Numbered from the stretch's first letter, positions 38,013 to 51,796 are shown. The stretch: DNA of 64,000 bases from Rhynchobatus australiae (GCA_034780895.1 JAUZTB010000083.1:1000880-1064879); one strand, 5' to 3'. Notes: generated by a model from the letters alone, not told the origin. A program made the numbers and translations.

Positions 38013-40925
38013 TCCTCCACCCACTGCATCTGTCCATCAGCCACACACTCCTCCCACTGGTCAATTCCACAAACCCCGTACCCATATGGCCTCCCCACCT
38101 CCATTATTTGATCCAACACACAACTTTCCCCTCCCATCAGATTCCATTATCTGCAGACTTTGTTGCCTCCATCTGTCACCTCCCAGCCTCTGTCATTATT
38201 TCAGCCTTTCCCTCTTTCAGCTTTCAGTTATCGGGATCCAACTTTCGCCTCCCAGTTCCTGCCCCAGCTCTTCACATCACCACTTTGCACTAGCTGTCTC
38301 CGCTCTATATGTCAGTTCATGTGAAGGACCTGGACCCAAAACATCGAATGCCGATTTCACTCCACAGATATCGCCTGACACGCCGAGTTCCTACAGCACT
38401 TAGTGATCTTGCTCCAGATTCCAGCATCTGTAGTTCCCGTGTTTCCCGTGTATAATTCTCTTTGTTTTTGATGTTTACGAGTGAGCAGCAAATATTGTAC
38501 GTTACCCGTGACCCGGACTACATATGTGCAGATAATTCCAATATCATAATTAGGGACGCCAAAGGAAAGGCTCAGTGATTTTGAGTTCGTAATGGACAAT
38601 AAATGATTTACGAAGGGCCTCCCTCCAATGATCATTATCTGTTTGCGTTTCACCCAAAACCAGGGGACATTCTCAGTAAGCAAGGGGTCGTTGTTCAAAT
38701 TGCTTCAAGTCTGGAAGGTACCCAGAAAACCATTGTGTGGTTGCCGGAAAAGATTGGAACGATGTAATGTTTCGTATCTTTGGACTTTCAATGTCCAATC
38801 CCGTTTCCCTAATTGACAATTCCCACTCAGTTTAAGCCCTCAGTTGACAACTTCATCATTGCACATTGATTCCACATCGATTACACATCACAAAAAAAAA
38901 ACACTTATCAGCATCTGGGATGGCTCTGGGTCTCAGTATGGGAAAACAATATAAGTGTCTGTCTTGTTTATTGAAGTTATTTCTATGGTTAGAAATTGCT
39001 TTTAGTGTACGACTAAACTATTTCAACTATTGAAAATGAACTACTGAAAATGTTTGTGATGTTAGCTACATTTCTATTTTTTTTTTTGCAGGAGCTGGTG
39101 AATGCGGAATGTTTCCCAGTGCTCGGATCACAGTACCAGGTGATTTAGCGGGGACCTGATTCTCATCACTTGCAAAGCTGTTGTGTGAATGTAGATGGCT
39201 GCATGCGCCTAGATTGTCCATTTGCTGAAGTGCCCAGCAGAAGGGTTAGAACCTGCACCATGATCCAAATTCAAGCCTGCATTTATTTACAAACAATGCA
39301 ACTCATGTCTCCTTTGTGTTTTGTGGGACTCTGCAGACTTCCGCTCTGTGTACCACTTTGCTAATATTGTAATAGCCTCCCATACAGAATGTTTGGCCTG
39401 ACAATGACCTCCTTGTGTCATGGTTCTCAGTTCTGGCCCTCAATTTGGCTCCATTAATGCCTTGTTGTCCAGCACATGGATTCCATGTTGGATTGATTAC
39501 ATAACAATACACACCTGAGCCCCATCAGGTGCCTAGCATAAGTACCAGTGTTTCTCTAGCACATGTTGCCAGAGTATTGGTCTACCTTTGGGTATACTTT
39601 GGCTCCTAGATACTTAGAGTGGTTTACTCTAGAGCAGTCCTGTGTTCTCTAATCCTTTGAGAAGATCCAGTTCGTGTTGGTATTCCTCTTCCGATCTGAG
39701 GCAAGATTCCTTCTAGTTGTTGCCTGTGTTTGTCCTGAGGAAGTATCCTGACTCCAGTCTTGTATCGGTGGCTGTATTTGGGTTCTCTGTGAGCTTGCGC
39801 AACATTGTGACACCTTGTTGTCACCTGTTCTCGCCACATGAACCAAGCCTCTTGAACCATGATGCCATACACACGTACATCAAATGTACTGAATTCACTC
39901 ATATTCTCAGTTGCCTTCAACGCAGTATCAATCTGACGTGTCTTATTGAATGTGAGCTCTGGTGTATCAAACAAATCAGCCAGAATGCAGTGTAACATCG
40001 CAGAGATCCCAATCTGTCAAAGAATGGTTAAGAAACCAGTCCAGCTACACCTTTTTCTCATCTTCCATATCTTCTGCATAAATTCGTAACGACGTCAGAG
40101 ATCAAAATCGATGTCGAATTAGTGGTTTCAATTAGAATGAAATAATTGAAATTAAATAGCCACACACTAATTGGTAAAACTGGGAAGCAAACAGCAAGTG
40201 CTGAGCTGATGCAAACCTGAAGAAAAAACCTGATCTGCGGGAAACACACAGGTTAGAGAGAACCTGGAGAATTCTTGGAATTGGAAGCCTCGATGTTATC
40301 CAATTGAGTTGGAGATATGTTGTGTTGTGAAAATAATTATCTGAATGAAAATCCCATCATTCTGTGATTATGCATAGAAGGCTGGCCATGATCTGTTTGT
40401 TCAGTGATCATAATTAATCCTGTTCCCTTGGGACTCCATTCACTGGGTGATTGCATTTTCTTGGTGATAAATGAAGCGAATTCTCTCCACTTGTCGGCTA
40501 GAAAATTGTCTCCGTCACCGAACTAAATATCGCACCATCGACTTTGACAGAAAAAACTAAAGATGACACTGAGTTTCCCGCTCAAGCTCCACTGTCACTC
40601 AAGATTTGGCTCCACCAGCCCATCAAGTGCACAGCTGAACCATTGTTCCTCTTAAGCACATTTGTCCTTGCTGGCATGGGCCATTGGCCCTTTTGAACGA
40701 CCTGGGCTGGACCCGCTGGCCCTCCAGCACCATAAAGAGTGACGCTTGTGCTTGGTTCTACCTCTTCGTTGTCTCCGAGGAACGCTGAGGTCGGCTGTGC
40801 ACTTCTAAGAGTAGTTATTTGGAATATCCCTCGAACATAGAGCCGATGCTTGAACTGAGTCAAGAAGGGTGGCAGGTGTCATATTATTTCTTCCTTGATA
40901 TTTTTGTACCCAGTATGTTGTGTGT
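38013..40925 (+). repeat. Tandem segmental duplicate copy 2, with extra ~400 nt (39410-39812)
   Basis: Colinear with 35420-37885; part of the extra segment recurs inverted at 57475-57525. Confidence 0.9.
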
Positions 40926-41331
40926 GTGTGTGTGTATCTCAGTCTTTTTGCAATTCCCCCGCCCCCCTCACTTTCGCGATCACCCGTGTGTGTGTGTATT
41001 GCCCCAAGTATCCTCTTCCGCTTTTGTCTTTTATATAAAAAAAAGAACTTTAACTTCAAAATCTGTGTCCAGAGTCCATGCCATTTAAGACCTTACAAAG
41101 TTGTCTTACAATATTTGACGCTGCGAGCAGGTTCTTGAAGTTCTTGGCTGGACACAGCCGCGGGGATGTATGTTTTGGAACTGGGGAAATAAGGTCAGTT
41201 CAGTCACTGTGTAGGATCACCGGGTGGACTGNNNNNNNNNNNNNNNNNNNNNNNNNNNNNNNNNNNNNNNNNNNNNNNNNNNNNNNNNNNNNNNNNNNNN
41301 NNNNNNNNNNNNNNNNNNNNNNNNNNNNNNN

Positions 41332-41555
41332 AATAGTCTTATCACAGTGGGGTAGAAGCCGTCCTTGAGCCTGGTGGTCCGTGCCCTCAGGCTCCTGTAT
41401 CTTCTGCCTGATGAGAGAGAGGAGAAGAGAGAATGACCCGGGTGGGTGGGGCCTTTGATTATGCCAGCTGCTTCACCAAGACAAATAGAGGAAAAGACAA
41501 GAGTCCATGGAGGGGAGGCTGGTGTCCATGATGCGCTGGGCTGTGTCCACAACAC
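41332..41555 (-). mobile_element. Rex1/Babar LINE 3' fragment
   Basis: CLGEAAGIIKGPTHPGHSLFSSLSSGRRYRSLRARTTRLKDGFYPTVIRL. Confidence 0.88.
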
Positions 41556-41901
41556 AGATGCACGCACAAACACACGTGCATACACATGCACACAGACAGA
41601 CACATACACACAGGTATACACACAGACACACATGCAGCACACGTGTGCACATTGCACGCATGCACACACAGGTGCGTGCACACACACAGAGTGCCGGAGG
41701 TTGGGATTGAACCCAGGTCTCCGGAGCCATGAGAGTCAGTGCTGCCCAGGTGTTCGAAGGTGAAGCACACTGTGTGCTGTGAGTCCAGCGAATATGAATC
41801 AGGTGTCAGGAGTCCATTGCCAGGCAAGGGAGAGAGGGCCAGAAGAACGAGGCAGAGCAGCGGCCAAGGTAATGACTCCGACCTTTTCCCTGTTTCTCCA
41901 G

Positions 41902-42211
41902 GATAAGAATCCAGGACGTGGAGCAGCCCCGGATTGTACCAGTGACCAGCCGCGAGGTCAGGGTGCTGGAGGACACCTGTCAGCCGAAGACGCACGTGAT
42001 GTTTCTCAAGACGCACAAGACCGCTGGCAGCACTATCCTGAACATCCTGTACCGCTTTGGTGAGGCGAGGAACCTAACCTTCGCGTTGCCCGCCTCCTAC
42101 CAGTTTGGATACCCCCTCCTCTTCAGTACGAGGAAGATTAAATTTTACAGCCCCCTCAAGGCACAGGAGTACCACATCATTTGCAACCACATGAGGTTCT
42201 ACCGGCCGCAG
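41902..42211 (+). CDS. Galactose-3-O-sulfotransferase (GAL3ST family, GAL3ST2-like) internal exon
   Basis: Acceptor ttttccctgtttctccAG and donor CAG|GTAAG. CQPKTHVMFLKTHKTAGSTILNILYRFGE...FALP...FGYP...IICNHMRF contains the 5'-PAPS-binding motif FLKTHKT. Open frame throughout. Confidence 0.95.
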
Positions 42212-42262
42212 GTAAGGCAGAACTAGCCGCGGGTTCTCTGATATGGTGTAGACCCCTGACTG

Positions 42263-42385
42263 GACATAGGACAGTACAGCACAGGAACAGGCCCTTCGGC
42301 CCACCATGTCTGTGCTGAACATGGTGCCGAATTAACCTGAATCCTTTCTGTCTGCATATGGTCTGTATCCCTCCATTCCCTGCAT
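42263..42385 (-). mobile_element. CR1 3' tail fragment
   Basis: acataggacagtacagcacaggaacaggcccttcggcccaccatg. Confidence 0.8.
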
Positions 42386-42392
42386 GTAAAAT

Positions 42393-42600
42393 ATACAAGA
42401 TCTCTTTATTAGTCACACGTACATCGAAACACACAGTGAAATCCATCTTTTTTGTGTGGAGTGTTCTCGGGGGCAGCCCGCAAGTGTTGCCACGCTTCCG
42501 GCGCCAACATAGCACGCCCACGGCTTCCTAACCCGTACGTCTCTGGAATGTGGGAGGAAACCGGAGCACCCGGAGGAAACCCACGCAGACACGGGGAGAA
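42393..42600 (-). mobile_element. V-SINE 3' part with the alternative tail
   Basis: Reverse complement of the 21625-21915 SINE tail and V-domain. Confidence 0.88.
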
Positions 42601-42700
42601 NNNNNNNNNNNNNNNNNNNNNNNNNNNNNNNNNNNNNNNNNNNNNNNNNNNNNNNNNNNNNNNNNNNNNNNNNNNNNNNNNNNNNNNNNNNNNNNNNNNN

Positions 42701-43785
42701 CCTTCATATCTTCACTTTCCTGCTGCCCTCACCCACTCCAACCACCTCTTCGGAACGCTCAGCTTCCCACTCCCTCCAAACCAATCCTGAGATTGTCATG
42801 AAAATAGCTGACAAAGGTGGTGCCGTGGCACTCTGGCCTACTTACCGCTAGGTTGCAGAGGGAAAATGCCAACTCTCGTATACTTCCTACTAACTACCCC
42901 TGAACCATGACCTCACCAAGGACCAAATGGACATAATCTTCCACACGATCAAGGAGCTCATTAACTTGGAAAATCCATCCACCCCAATAGTTGGCAATAT
43001 GATTGTCCCACAACCTGGGACTTCCCGCTTCTATCTCCTCCCAAACATCCTCAAGACTGATTGCCCTGGCAGACCTATTGTCTCCGTATGCTCTTGCCCC
43101 ATGGGGGTCGTATCTTCATTCCTCGAGGCTATCATGGCCTTACTGCTCCAATCGCTTCCCACCTACATCCAGTACATATACCACGGTCTCCAACTCTTCC
43201 ACAGCTGTAAGTTCTTCCACACGCACAACCTCATCTTCACCCTGGATATCCATCCTGATATACCCCCATTCCGCATCAGGAGGTCCTCCCCGCCCTCCGT
43301 TTCTTTCTTGACCAGAGACATAACCAGTCCCCTTCCACTGACACTCCTCCTTCTGGCTGTTTTTGCCCTCACTCAAATCAATTTCACTTTCAATTCCTCT
43401 CACTTTCTAGAGACCAAGTGTGTAGTTATGTACACTCGCATGGGCCCCAGCTATGTCTGCTTCATCGTTGGCTACGTTGAACAGTCTCTGTTCAACCCGA
43501 CTCCCGCAAGATTCCTCAAATCTTTCTCCGCTAGATCGACGATTGCATTTCTCCTCTTCTACCCGTGAGGAACTCAACATTTTCATAAATTTCACCACAG
43601 TTTTCCACCCAGCTCGCTGATTCACTCCGACTATCTCTAACACCTGTTTCGCATTCCATCTCTATCTCAGGATATTCCTTATTCACTGACATTTTCTCCA
43701 AACCCACTGAAGTCCACTGCTACCTCGATTACAGCTCCTTCGACCCTACCTCTTGGAAAGACGAGATCCCTTTTTCTAAATTTTC
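42701..43785 (+). mobile_element. Penelope-like RT fragment, paralog of 26720-27810
   Basis: RFYLLPNILKTDCPGRPIVSVCSCP...TRMGPSYVCFIVGYVEQSLF; shares lesions with the 26470 copy. Confidence 0.9.
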
Positions 43786-43789
43786 TCAA

Positions 43790-46700
43790 AAATGGTCAGG
43801 AAGGTCTTGGTGTGCCAAAAGGCCTGTATCTATGATGTATCTTTCTGTGACTTTCCATCGGAATTCCATTGAGGAAGAACAAAAATCACAAACGGGACTC
43901 CAGATTCTGGAATTCAGAAAAACGAAACCCTCTATTGAGCCAATTGCCCACACAATTGCCTTGGTGGTCGGAGTCAGGGGGAGGTAGATGAGAAGATCGG
44001 GCTTGTCCCCGAAGATTCTCTGGCACTTCGACCAATATGCTGCAGGAAGTATCCAAACGGGTTCCACCTCATCCCTGTAACGGAACTGATGATCTCCGGA
44101 CCAAGGGAACCTGCATGGAGCGGTAAACACTGTCCAGTCCGTCACAGACCCGCCCCTTTCTTCCCCATCCAGTCCCTCTTCACCGTGAGTAGCTTCAGGA
44201 AGGTTGACCTCTTTCAGATCACCTTCCCGGAGGTACTGCCACGTTCTCGGACTCTCAACTCTCCATCTTCTGTTCTATCCCTTCTGCATTTCTTTTTGCA
44301 CTGCTTCAGACTGTGTTGCAATCTTTGCCCCACTTTTTTGTTTTGTGATCGTCGCGGAAATCATTGTTGTATTAATTATTACAATGTATACAATTTACTC
44401 TGTGACCTTCACGTCAGCAAAGATTTTCACTGGAACTAGACCAATCTGATCTGATCTGACCGGATCTGTAAAATTGAAACTGAAGCGGGTGATGTCAAAT
44501 TACGACAGGATTTGGATCAACCAGGGGATGGGAAATTCACCGTAGATGGAGGTTCACTCGGACCAGAGTGATGTGTAGCATTCTGGTGCATTCAACCAGG
44601 GGAGAGCTCATACAGGGAATGGCAGAGCCTTGAATATTGTTGTAGAACAGAGAGACTACACGCAACAAATTTACCGAAGAGTGACGTCACCGGTAGACAG
44701 GACATCGAGCACAAGAGCTGGAACGTCATGATACTTTTGTTCAAGCCGTTATAGATACCAAACGTCGACTACGGAATGAATTTCTCGTCAGCTGGCGAAA
44801 AGAATGATGTCATTCACCTGGAAAGGATGCCGACGCGATTCACTAGAATATAGCCTGGATTGCACGGCCTGACTCAGAAGGAGAGACTGGATAGGCTGCG
44901 GCTCTATCCTCTGAGCATAGGAGGCCGATGGGTCATCAAAAGGAGGTTTATAAAATCATGAGGGGCGCATATAAAGTGAATGGTCACAGGCTTTTTCCAT
45001 TGTCGTGTAATCAAAAACTGGAGGACTTCCAGTGTCAGGATATGTCCGCAAGAGTCTGTTGCCGACTGGCACATCCAAGGGTATAGGGATTCCTGCTGAG
45101 GGACGCACTGAAGCTCAGCTGAGCCACCGTAGAGACGCTGTGGGGAAGGAGCACAGTCTGCGGCCCTGCTGACACTGGACACTGAAGGGAAGAGTCCTGT
45201 GCAGTGCTTATCAAACACTTCACAGGTTCATTGCTTAAGGATGGAGCACGATTGGCGTTAATGCAGTAGAAGGGAATGCACCCATTCGATGTCACAATGG
45301 TTGTGTCCAACGATATTTAATATAAATATTATGAATAACGATAACAAATTAACTAATTTCTACCAGCTGAGATTCACGTCCTCTTGGAGAATTGCAGAGG
45401 AGTTTTTCTGGTATTGTCGAAGCCCAAAGCATCAGACAAAAAACGGAATCCTCAAATAAATATGTTTTTAAATTCACACAATGGCGCCGAACTTCAGATC
45501 TCCCCTGGGGTTTGGTGAGCAATCGTTTCCATTGTGCAATCCCTGGCTAAATATAACCTGGGCTGTTACAACACCGGTTGTGCAAAGGAATTAATCGAAA
45601 ACATCTCTACAGTCACTGCTATTAATCGAAGAGTACTGATACCTTAATGATGCCAGCAGATATTTCTCCAGAGTTACATAAGCACCGTCACTTCAGCTCC
45701 AGTCGCAGATGCTCACGGTCTGCAGGTGTAAGCAGCAGACAGGAATTGAGAGGATGGAGAGAGCACAGGAACTTGAGCTCCTGATATTTTCCGTCATTCT
45801 GGATGTGCAGGAAATTTATTACCCGGCTCTCGCAGTTATTGGCGTTCCTGGTGAGACTGCATCTGGTTATTCAATCTGGTGTTTTCTTGATATGTTCCTA
45901 ACTAAATATCACATTGAATTTTCGTGGCGTTTTTATCGCAGATCATCGTGTTCTGCATTCATTACCAGTATGGGTATTTATACATGGCCTTCCCTCCGCG
46001 AGTGGCCTCAAGTAATAACTATTATGTTCAGTATATGCCGCTGTCTGTGTTCGTGAAAATTTAGTGCCCTGACAGACTCCCGGGCGATTTCACACCAGGA
46101 GTGGTGAATGTGCAGAGCGAGCTGCCAGCGGTCATGGCAGAGGCAGATACGATTACAATGTTGAAAAGACACTTGGAACGGTGCTTGGATCGGAGGTTTC
46201 GAGGGCTCTGGGTTAAACGCCGGCAAATGGATCGAACGCAGTTCAGCTCATTGGCTCGGTACGGACGAAATGGGTCGAATGGCTTTGTTCAGTGTCGTAT
46301 TAATCGACGACTATTTCATTCACTCATGCGCACACAGTGTGCGCTGACTGCACTCTCAGCTGACGGTGACACACCTCCAATTTGCAGCTCAGTGTCCCCT
46401 GTTAGGATCTGGAGATTACATGTTGACTGAGGTTAGCGGTGCAATAAATTGTTGGCGAGAAGAGTCGCAGGTCCTTTGCAGACCCGGCCAGGACCTACTT
46501 CACTGAGTTTACCGGCGGGATCGTCGCGGAATGGCCCAGTCTCTCCCCGGGTTCAAGTGGAGAGATGGAGATTCCGGAGAACGTGAATGCAAAAAAAGAA
46601 CAGCGGTTGAATGATGCTTCATGTGTATAAAATGGATGATTGGAATTACATCGTGTTAATCATTACAAGGGACTGAATTTGAAGTTAAAGGGGAGTATAT

Positions 46701-47167
46701 GTCGAGGTCGCGTGGATTCAATTCTTCCGTTTCCCGGGATCACCACTCACAGACGGGGAAGAGTGAACAGAGGCCGACAATCAGGGACTGCAGATGCTGG
46801 GATGTGCAGTAACAAACAATCTGCTGCCGGAAGGCAGCATATCATTGGGGCGGTGTTCGAGAATAACACCGCCCCGATATGTCTCAACACCAGCGGGGTG
46901 GTGGGTGATCGCGTCGCCATTTACAGCATCCGCAATATCTCAGGGACCGTCCGCCGCTTTGCTTTGTGTGTTGGGGGAATTTCTCCAGTTCACGACTAAG
47001 ACAGAGCAGTACACCTGTCATATCTTTTCACATTAACTCATTCGGGTACCTCTGCACGTTGAAATTAACTGGATATCGGCTCTGACTCTTAGTTGTAATC
47101 CTCTGCAGTCCACTTCATGCCGGGTCGGTGATGATCCCAGCGTGGGAGGATTTTTAAAACTGTGGAT
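43790..47167 (+). repeat. GPR139-like cassette B
   Basis: Colinear with cassette A; carries a Rex1-like piece at about 44110-44460; ends at a gap before exon 2. Confidence 0.92.
45754..45850 (+). CDS. GPR139-like GPCR exon 1 (cassette B)
   Basis: MERAQELELLIFSVILDVQEIYYPALAVIGVP-G|GTGAG. Confidence 0.85.
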
Positions 47168-47267
47168 NNNNNNNNNNNNNNNNNNNNNNNNNNNNNNNNN
47201 NNNNNNNNNNNNNNNNNNNNNNNNNNNNNNNNNNNNNNNNNNNNNNNNNNNNNNNNNNNNNNNNNNN

Positions 47268-47324
<57 letters not shown>
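47268..47324 (+). repeat. (CA)n microsatellite
   Basis: Perfect CA run. Confidence 0.98.
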
Positions 47325-47327
<3 letters not shown>

Positions 47328-47364
47328 AAAAGGGACACTCACTAGCAGTCCTAGTCCGTGACAG

Positions 47365-47558
47365 TTGGTCCTGTGAACTACCTTTAACTGTATCAACGAG
47401 TGTCTGGCACACATTGAAGATGTATTAACTAAGTGAAGAATATTCTTCCACGCCTCTGTAGGAATATATATATGGAGTTCGCTTTCCCATTCATTCTTGA
47501 TTTTGTCCAGTAACACTGGACGTATTTTCATATTTAAATCATAAATTATTGTTATCAA
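47365..47558 (-). mobile_element. L1 ORF2 fragment
   Basis: LDKIKNEWESELHIYIPTEAWKNILHLVNTSSMCARHSLIQLKVVHR. Confidence 0.85.
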
Positions 47559-49146
47559 GCTTCCAGACATCCAGACACAAGTACAGCTGCTTCCCCAATG
47601 CTGTCAGAATCCTGAATCAATCACCTGTTTCACATCCCCTTCCCGCTGGTGCTGCCACGTTCTCGGACTCTGAACTCCATCTTTCTGTTACTATCCCTTC
47701 AGCATTTCGTTTTGCACTGCTGCAGTTTCTTTGTGATCGTCCCTGAAATCATTGTTGTATTAATTATTACAATGCATACAATTTACTCTGTGACCTTCAC
47801 GTAAACAAGGAGTTTCCCTGCAACTGGAACAATCTGATCTGATCTGACTGCATCAGGATAGTGGAGAGTGAAGCGGGTGATGTTAAATTACGACAGGATT
47901 TGGATCAACCAGGGGATGGAAGTGAATGGCAGTTGGAGGTTCACACGGACCAGAGTGATGTGTATCAATCTGCTGCATTCAACCAGGTGAGAGCACATAC
48001 AAGGAAGGGCAGAGCCCTGGATATTGTTGCAGAACAGAGAGAGTACTCATGATGAATGGACAAAAGAGTGACGTCACGGATTGACAGGGCATCGAGTACA
48101 AGAGCTGGGACGTCATGTTAGTTTTGTACAAGACGTTAGTGATACCACACGTGGAGAACTGTGTGAATTTCTAGTCAGCTGACGAAAAGAATGATGTCAT
48201 TAAGCTGGAAATGATGCCGAAGAGATTCACAAGGATATTGCCGGGACTGGAGGCCCTGACTCAGAAGGATATACCGGATAGGCTGGGGCTGTTTCCGCTG
48301 AGCATAGGAGGCCAACGGCTCATCTTACCGAGGTTTATAAAATCATGAGGGGCACAGATAAAGCGAATGGTCACAGGCTTTGTTCCGTTGTCGGGTAATC
48401 AAAACTTCCAGTGTCAGGATATGTCCGCAACGGACTGCTGCTGACTGGCACATCCAAGGCTATAGGGATTCCTGCTGAGGGACGCACTGAAGCTCAGCTG
48501 AGCCACCGCAAAGTCTCAGTGGGGAAGGAGCACAGTCTGAGGCTCTGCTGACACTGGACACTGAAGGGAAGAGTTCTGTGCAGTAGCTTATTAAACACTT
48601 CACAGGTTCGGTTTTTAAGGATGGAGCAGGATTGGCGTTAATGCAGTGTAAAGGAATGCATCCATTCGATGTCACAATGAACGCAGAGAAAGATGTGTCC
48701 AACGATATTTACTATGAATATTATAAATAACGTTAAGACATTAACTAAATTTCACCAGCTGAGATTCACGTCCTCTTGGAGAATTCCAGAGGAATTTTGC
48801 TGTTATTTTCGAAGCCCAAGGCATCAGAAAATAAACGGAATCCTCAAATAAATATGTTTTTAAATTAACACAATGACGCCGAACTTCAGATCTCCCGTGG
48901 GGTTCAGTGAGCAATCGTTTCCATTTTGCAATCACTGGCTAAATATAACCTGGGCTGTTACAACAGCGGGTTGTGCAAAGGAATTAATCGAAGATCTCTC
49001 TCCAGTCACTGCTATTAATCGAAGAGTCCTGATACACTAATGATGCCAGCAGAGATTTCTCCAGAGTTACATAAGTACCGTCACTTCAGCCCCAGACACA
49101 GATGTCCGCGGTCTCCAGGAGTAAGCAGCAGACTGGAGTTGAGAGG

Positions 49147-49243
49147 ATGGAGAGAGCACAGGAAGTTGAGCTCCTGATATTTCACGTCATTCTTGATATA
49201 CAGAACATTTATTACCCGGCTCTCGCAGTTGTTGGCGTTCCTG
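49147..49243 (+). CDS. GPR139-like GPCR exon 1 (cassette C)
   Basis: MERAQEVELLIFHVILDIQNIYYPALAVVGVP-G|GTGAG. Confidence 0.88.
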
Positions 49244-51546
49244 GTGAGACCCTGTAGTTGGTTATTCAATCTGTTGTTTTCTTGATATGTTCCTAATCAA
49301 CTATCACATTCAATTTTCGTGTCGTTTTTATCGTAGATCATCGTGTTCTGCATTCATTACCAGAATGGGTATTTATACATGGCCTTCCCTACACAAGTGG
49401 CCACAGATAATAAATATTATATTCAGTATATTACGCTGTCTGTGTTCGTGAAAATCAAATGCCCTGACGGACTCCCGGGCGATTTCACACCAGGGTGGTG
49501 TATGTGCAGAGCGGTCATGGCAGAGGCAGATACAATTACAATGTTCAAAAGACAGTTGGAACGGTGCTTGGATCGGAGGTTTCGATGTCTCTGGGTCAAA
49601 CGCTGGCAAATGGATCGAACGCAGTTAAGCTACCTGGGTCGGCACGGACGAAGTGGGCCAAATATCTTAGATCCATGCCGTATTAATCGACGACTACTTC
49701 GTTCACTCAAGCGCTCACAGTGTACGCTGCCTACAGTCTCAGCTGACGGTGCCACACCTTCAATTTGCAGCTGTGTGTTCCCTGTTAGGATCTGGAGATT
49801 ACTTATTGACTGAGGTTATCGGCAGAATCGTCGAGGAATGGCCTATTCTCTCTCCGGGTTCGAGCGGAGGGTCCGAAGGACATGAATTCAAAACAAAAAT
49901 ATAGACAGGGCTTGAATGATGCTTCATGTCTTCCGCATAAAATGGATGATTGGAATTACATCGTGTTAAATCATTACAGGGGACTGAATTTGCATCAAGG
50001 GGGAGTCGATGTAGAGGTCGCGCGGATTCAATTCCTCCGGTTCCCGGGATCACCACTCACAGACGGGGAAGGTTGAACGGACGCCGACACTCAGGGACTG
50101 CAGATACTGGGATCTGCAGTAACAAACAATCTGCTGCCGGACGGCAGATGGTCGAGAATAACACCGCCCCGATAACTCTCAACACAAGCGGGGTGGTGGG
50201 GGATCGCGTCGCCAGTTACAGCATCCGCAATATCTGCCGGATGTTACAATAGTAACGAGAATGGGTTGTTGCTCTCTGAGGAGGTAACGCGGCAAAGAAT
50301 AATTGCGTGGTTGTAAACAACAGAAGGCGGCCCTCGAGATGACGGCAGACCATATGTGGTGAGCTTCGGAAGGTTGAGAGATCCCAGGCATGGGGGCTTT
50401 CCTGAGAGCAAATGAGTGACGCGGTATCGGGAGAAAACACAGAGCAAGGCATTCTTTGTGAGAAAGAACGAGGCGACACTGAAACCGGTAGAAGAGTCAG
50501 AGACATTGAATGTTGGTGTGTCATGCAGTCACAGAGCCCAGATCACTTCTGGTGGGGTCATCAAGCAGAGCAAGATTCCTTACAAGCACGCCCTGATAAT
50601 CTTGAAGGAATTGTGTGCACAGCAGCTTGGGGGAACTCGGTGAGACAAAAATTTATCGTGGGAATTGACGAAGCCGAAGAGTCTGTTGGCGAGTATATTA
50701 TCAAATTGATGACATTATTTTAAGCTTGGCCATCGACCCTCTCCCATGGAAGGAATGTGACGAATGAGAGTATAACGACACTGAATGTGCTCAGAATCAG
50801 TGCAAGATCGGTTCAATGTGGCCTTGGCCGCGTATCAGACAAACTCAAATGTATTTGTTGCGCTGCCTCTCAGCTGCAGCTGCTCGAGTTCAGTCCCAAC
50901 TTCGGGAGCTGTCGTCCTGCATGTAGAGTTTGCCCGTTCTCCATGGAACTGCGTGGGTTTCCCCCGCGTTTTCCAGTTTCATCCCAAAGACGTACGGTTT
51001 GGAAAATTCAATGATTACTGAAAGTTACCCGAGTATGTGAAATCTAGAGAGAGCTGATGGGAATGTGGGGAATTGAAATGGATTTAATAATTAATGTCAG
51101 TGGCTGCTGACGTGCGGCACCGAATTTGTAGGCGAAGAGCTTATTTCTATGCTGTACGTGTCCATTTCTGTCTATCGAAACGTCGTTGAGGCAGAGTATA
51201 TTGGTCAGACAAGGGACTGCAGATACTGGAATCTGGAACAGTAACCGATTTCTGGAAGAACTCACGGGTCGAGCAGCATCAGTGGAAGGAATGGAATCGT
51301 CGACTTATCCAGTCAAAACTTGGATCAGGTCTGAGAGTGAAGAGGGGTGATGGTCAGTATAAAGAGGGGAAGGGGAGTGGGTGAAAGGATTCGCAACCAA
51401 TTTGTGGAATGTTTTCAGTTGCTGTAAGTTGTTGTTGGGCACGCCTGCGGTGTGGTCTCTCCAAGCTGCGAAAACTAATGCACCACAGTGAGAATTCTGC
51501 TCCATGAATGAGGTATAATATTTCATTGCTTTCTTCGCCCTCGCAG

Positions 51547-51796
51547 TGAACCTGGTGACCATTGTGATCCTGTCTCGGGGGAAGTGCGGACTCTCCAAGG
51601 GCGTCACTCGTTACCTGGTGGCCATGGCAACGGCGGACGTGCTGGTCATTGTCCTTGATCTGATCCTGAAGCAGATTCCTATTGTCTTCAGGAATGCATT
51701 TCGAGCGGTGCAGGACATTCCTGTGTGCAACATCCACGCCGTCCTCCTCTACGTCGCCACGGACTGTTCTGTCTGGTTCACCGTCGCTTTCACCTT
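51547..51796 (+). CDS. GPR139-like GPCR exon 2, 5' part (cassette C), truncated by gap
   Basis: Acceptor ctcgcAG; VNLVTIVILSRGKCGLSKGVTRYLVAMATADVLVIVLDLILKQIP...PVCNIHAVLLYVATDCSVWFTVAFT. Confidence 0.92.

Larger units (their letters stand above)
47640..51796 (+). repeat. GPR139-like cassette C
   Basis: Colinear with cassettes A, B and D. Confidence 0.92.
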
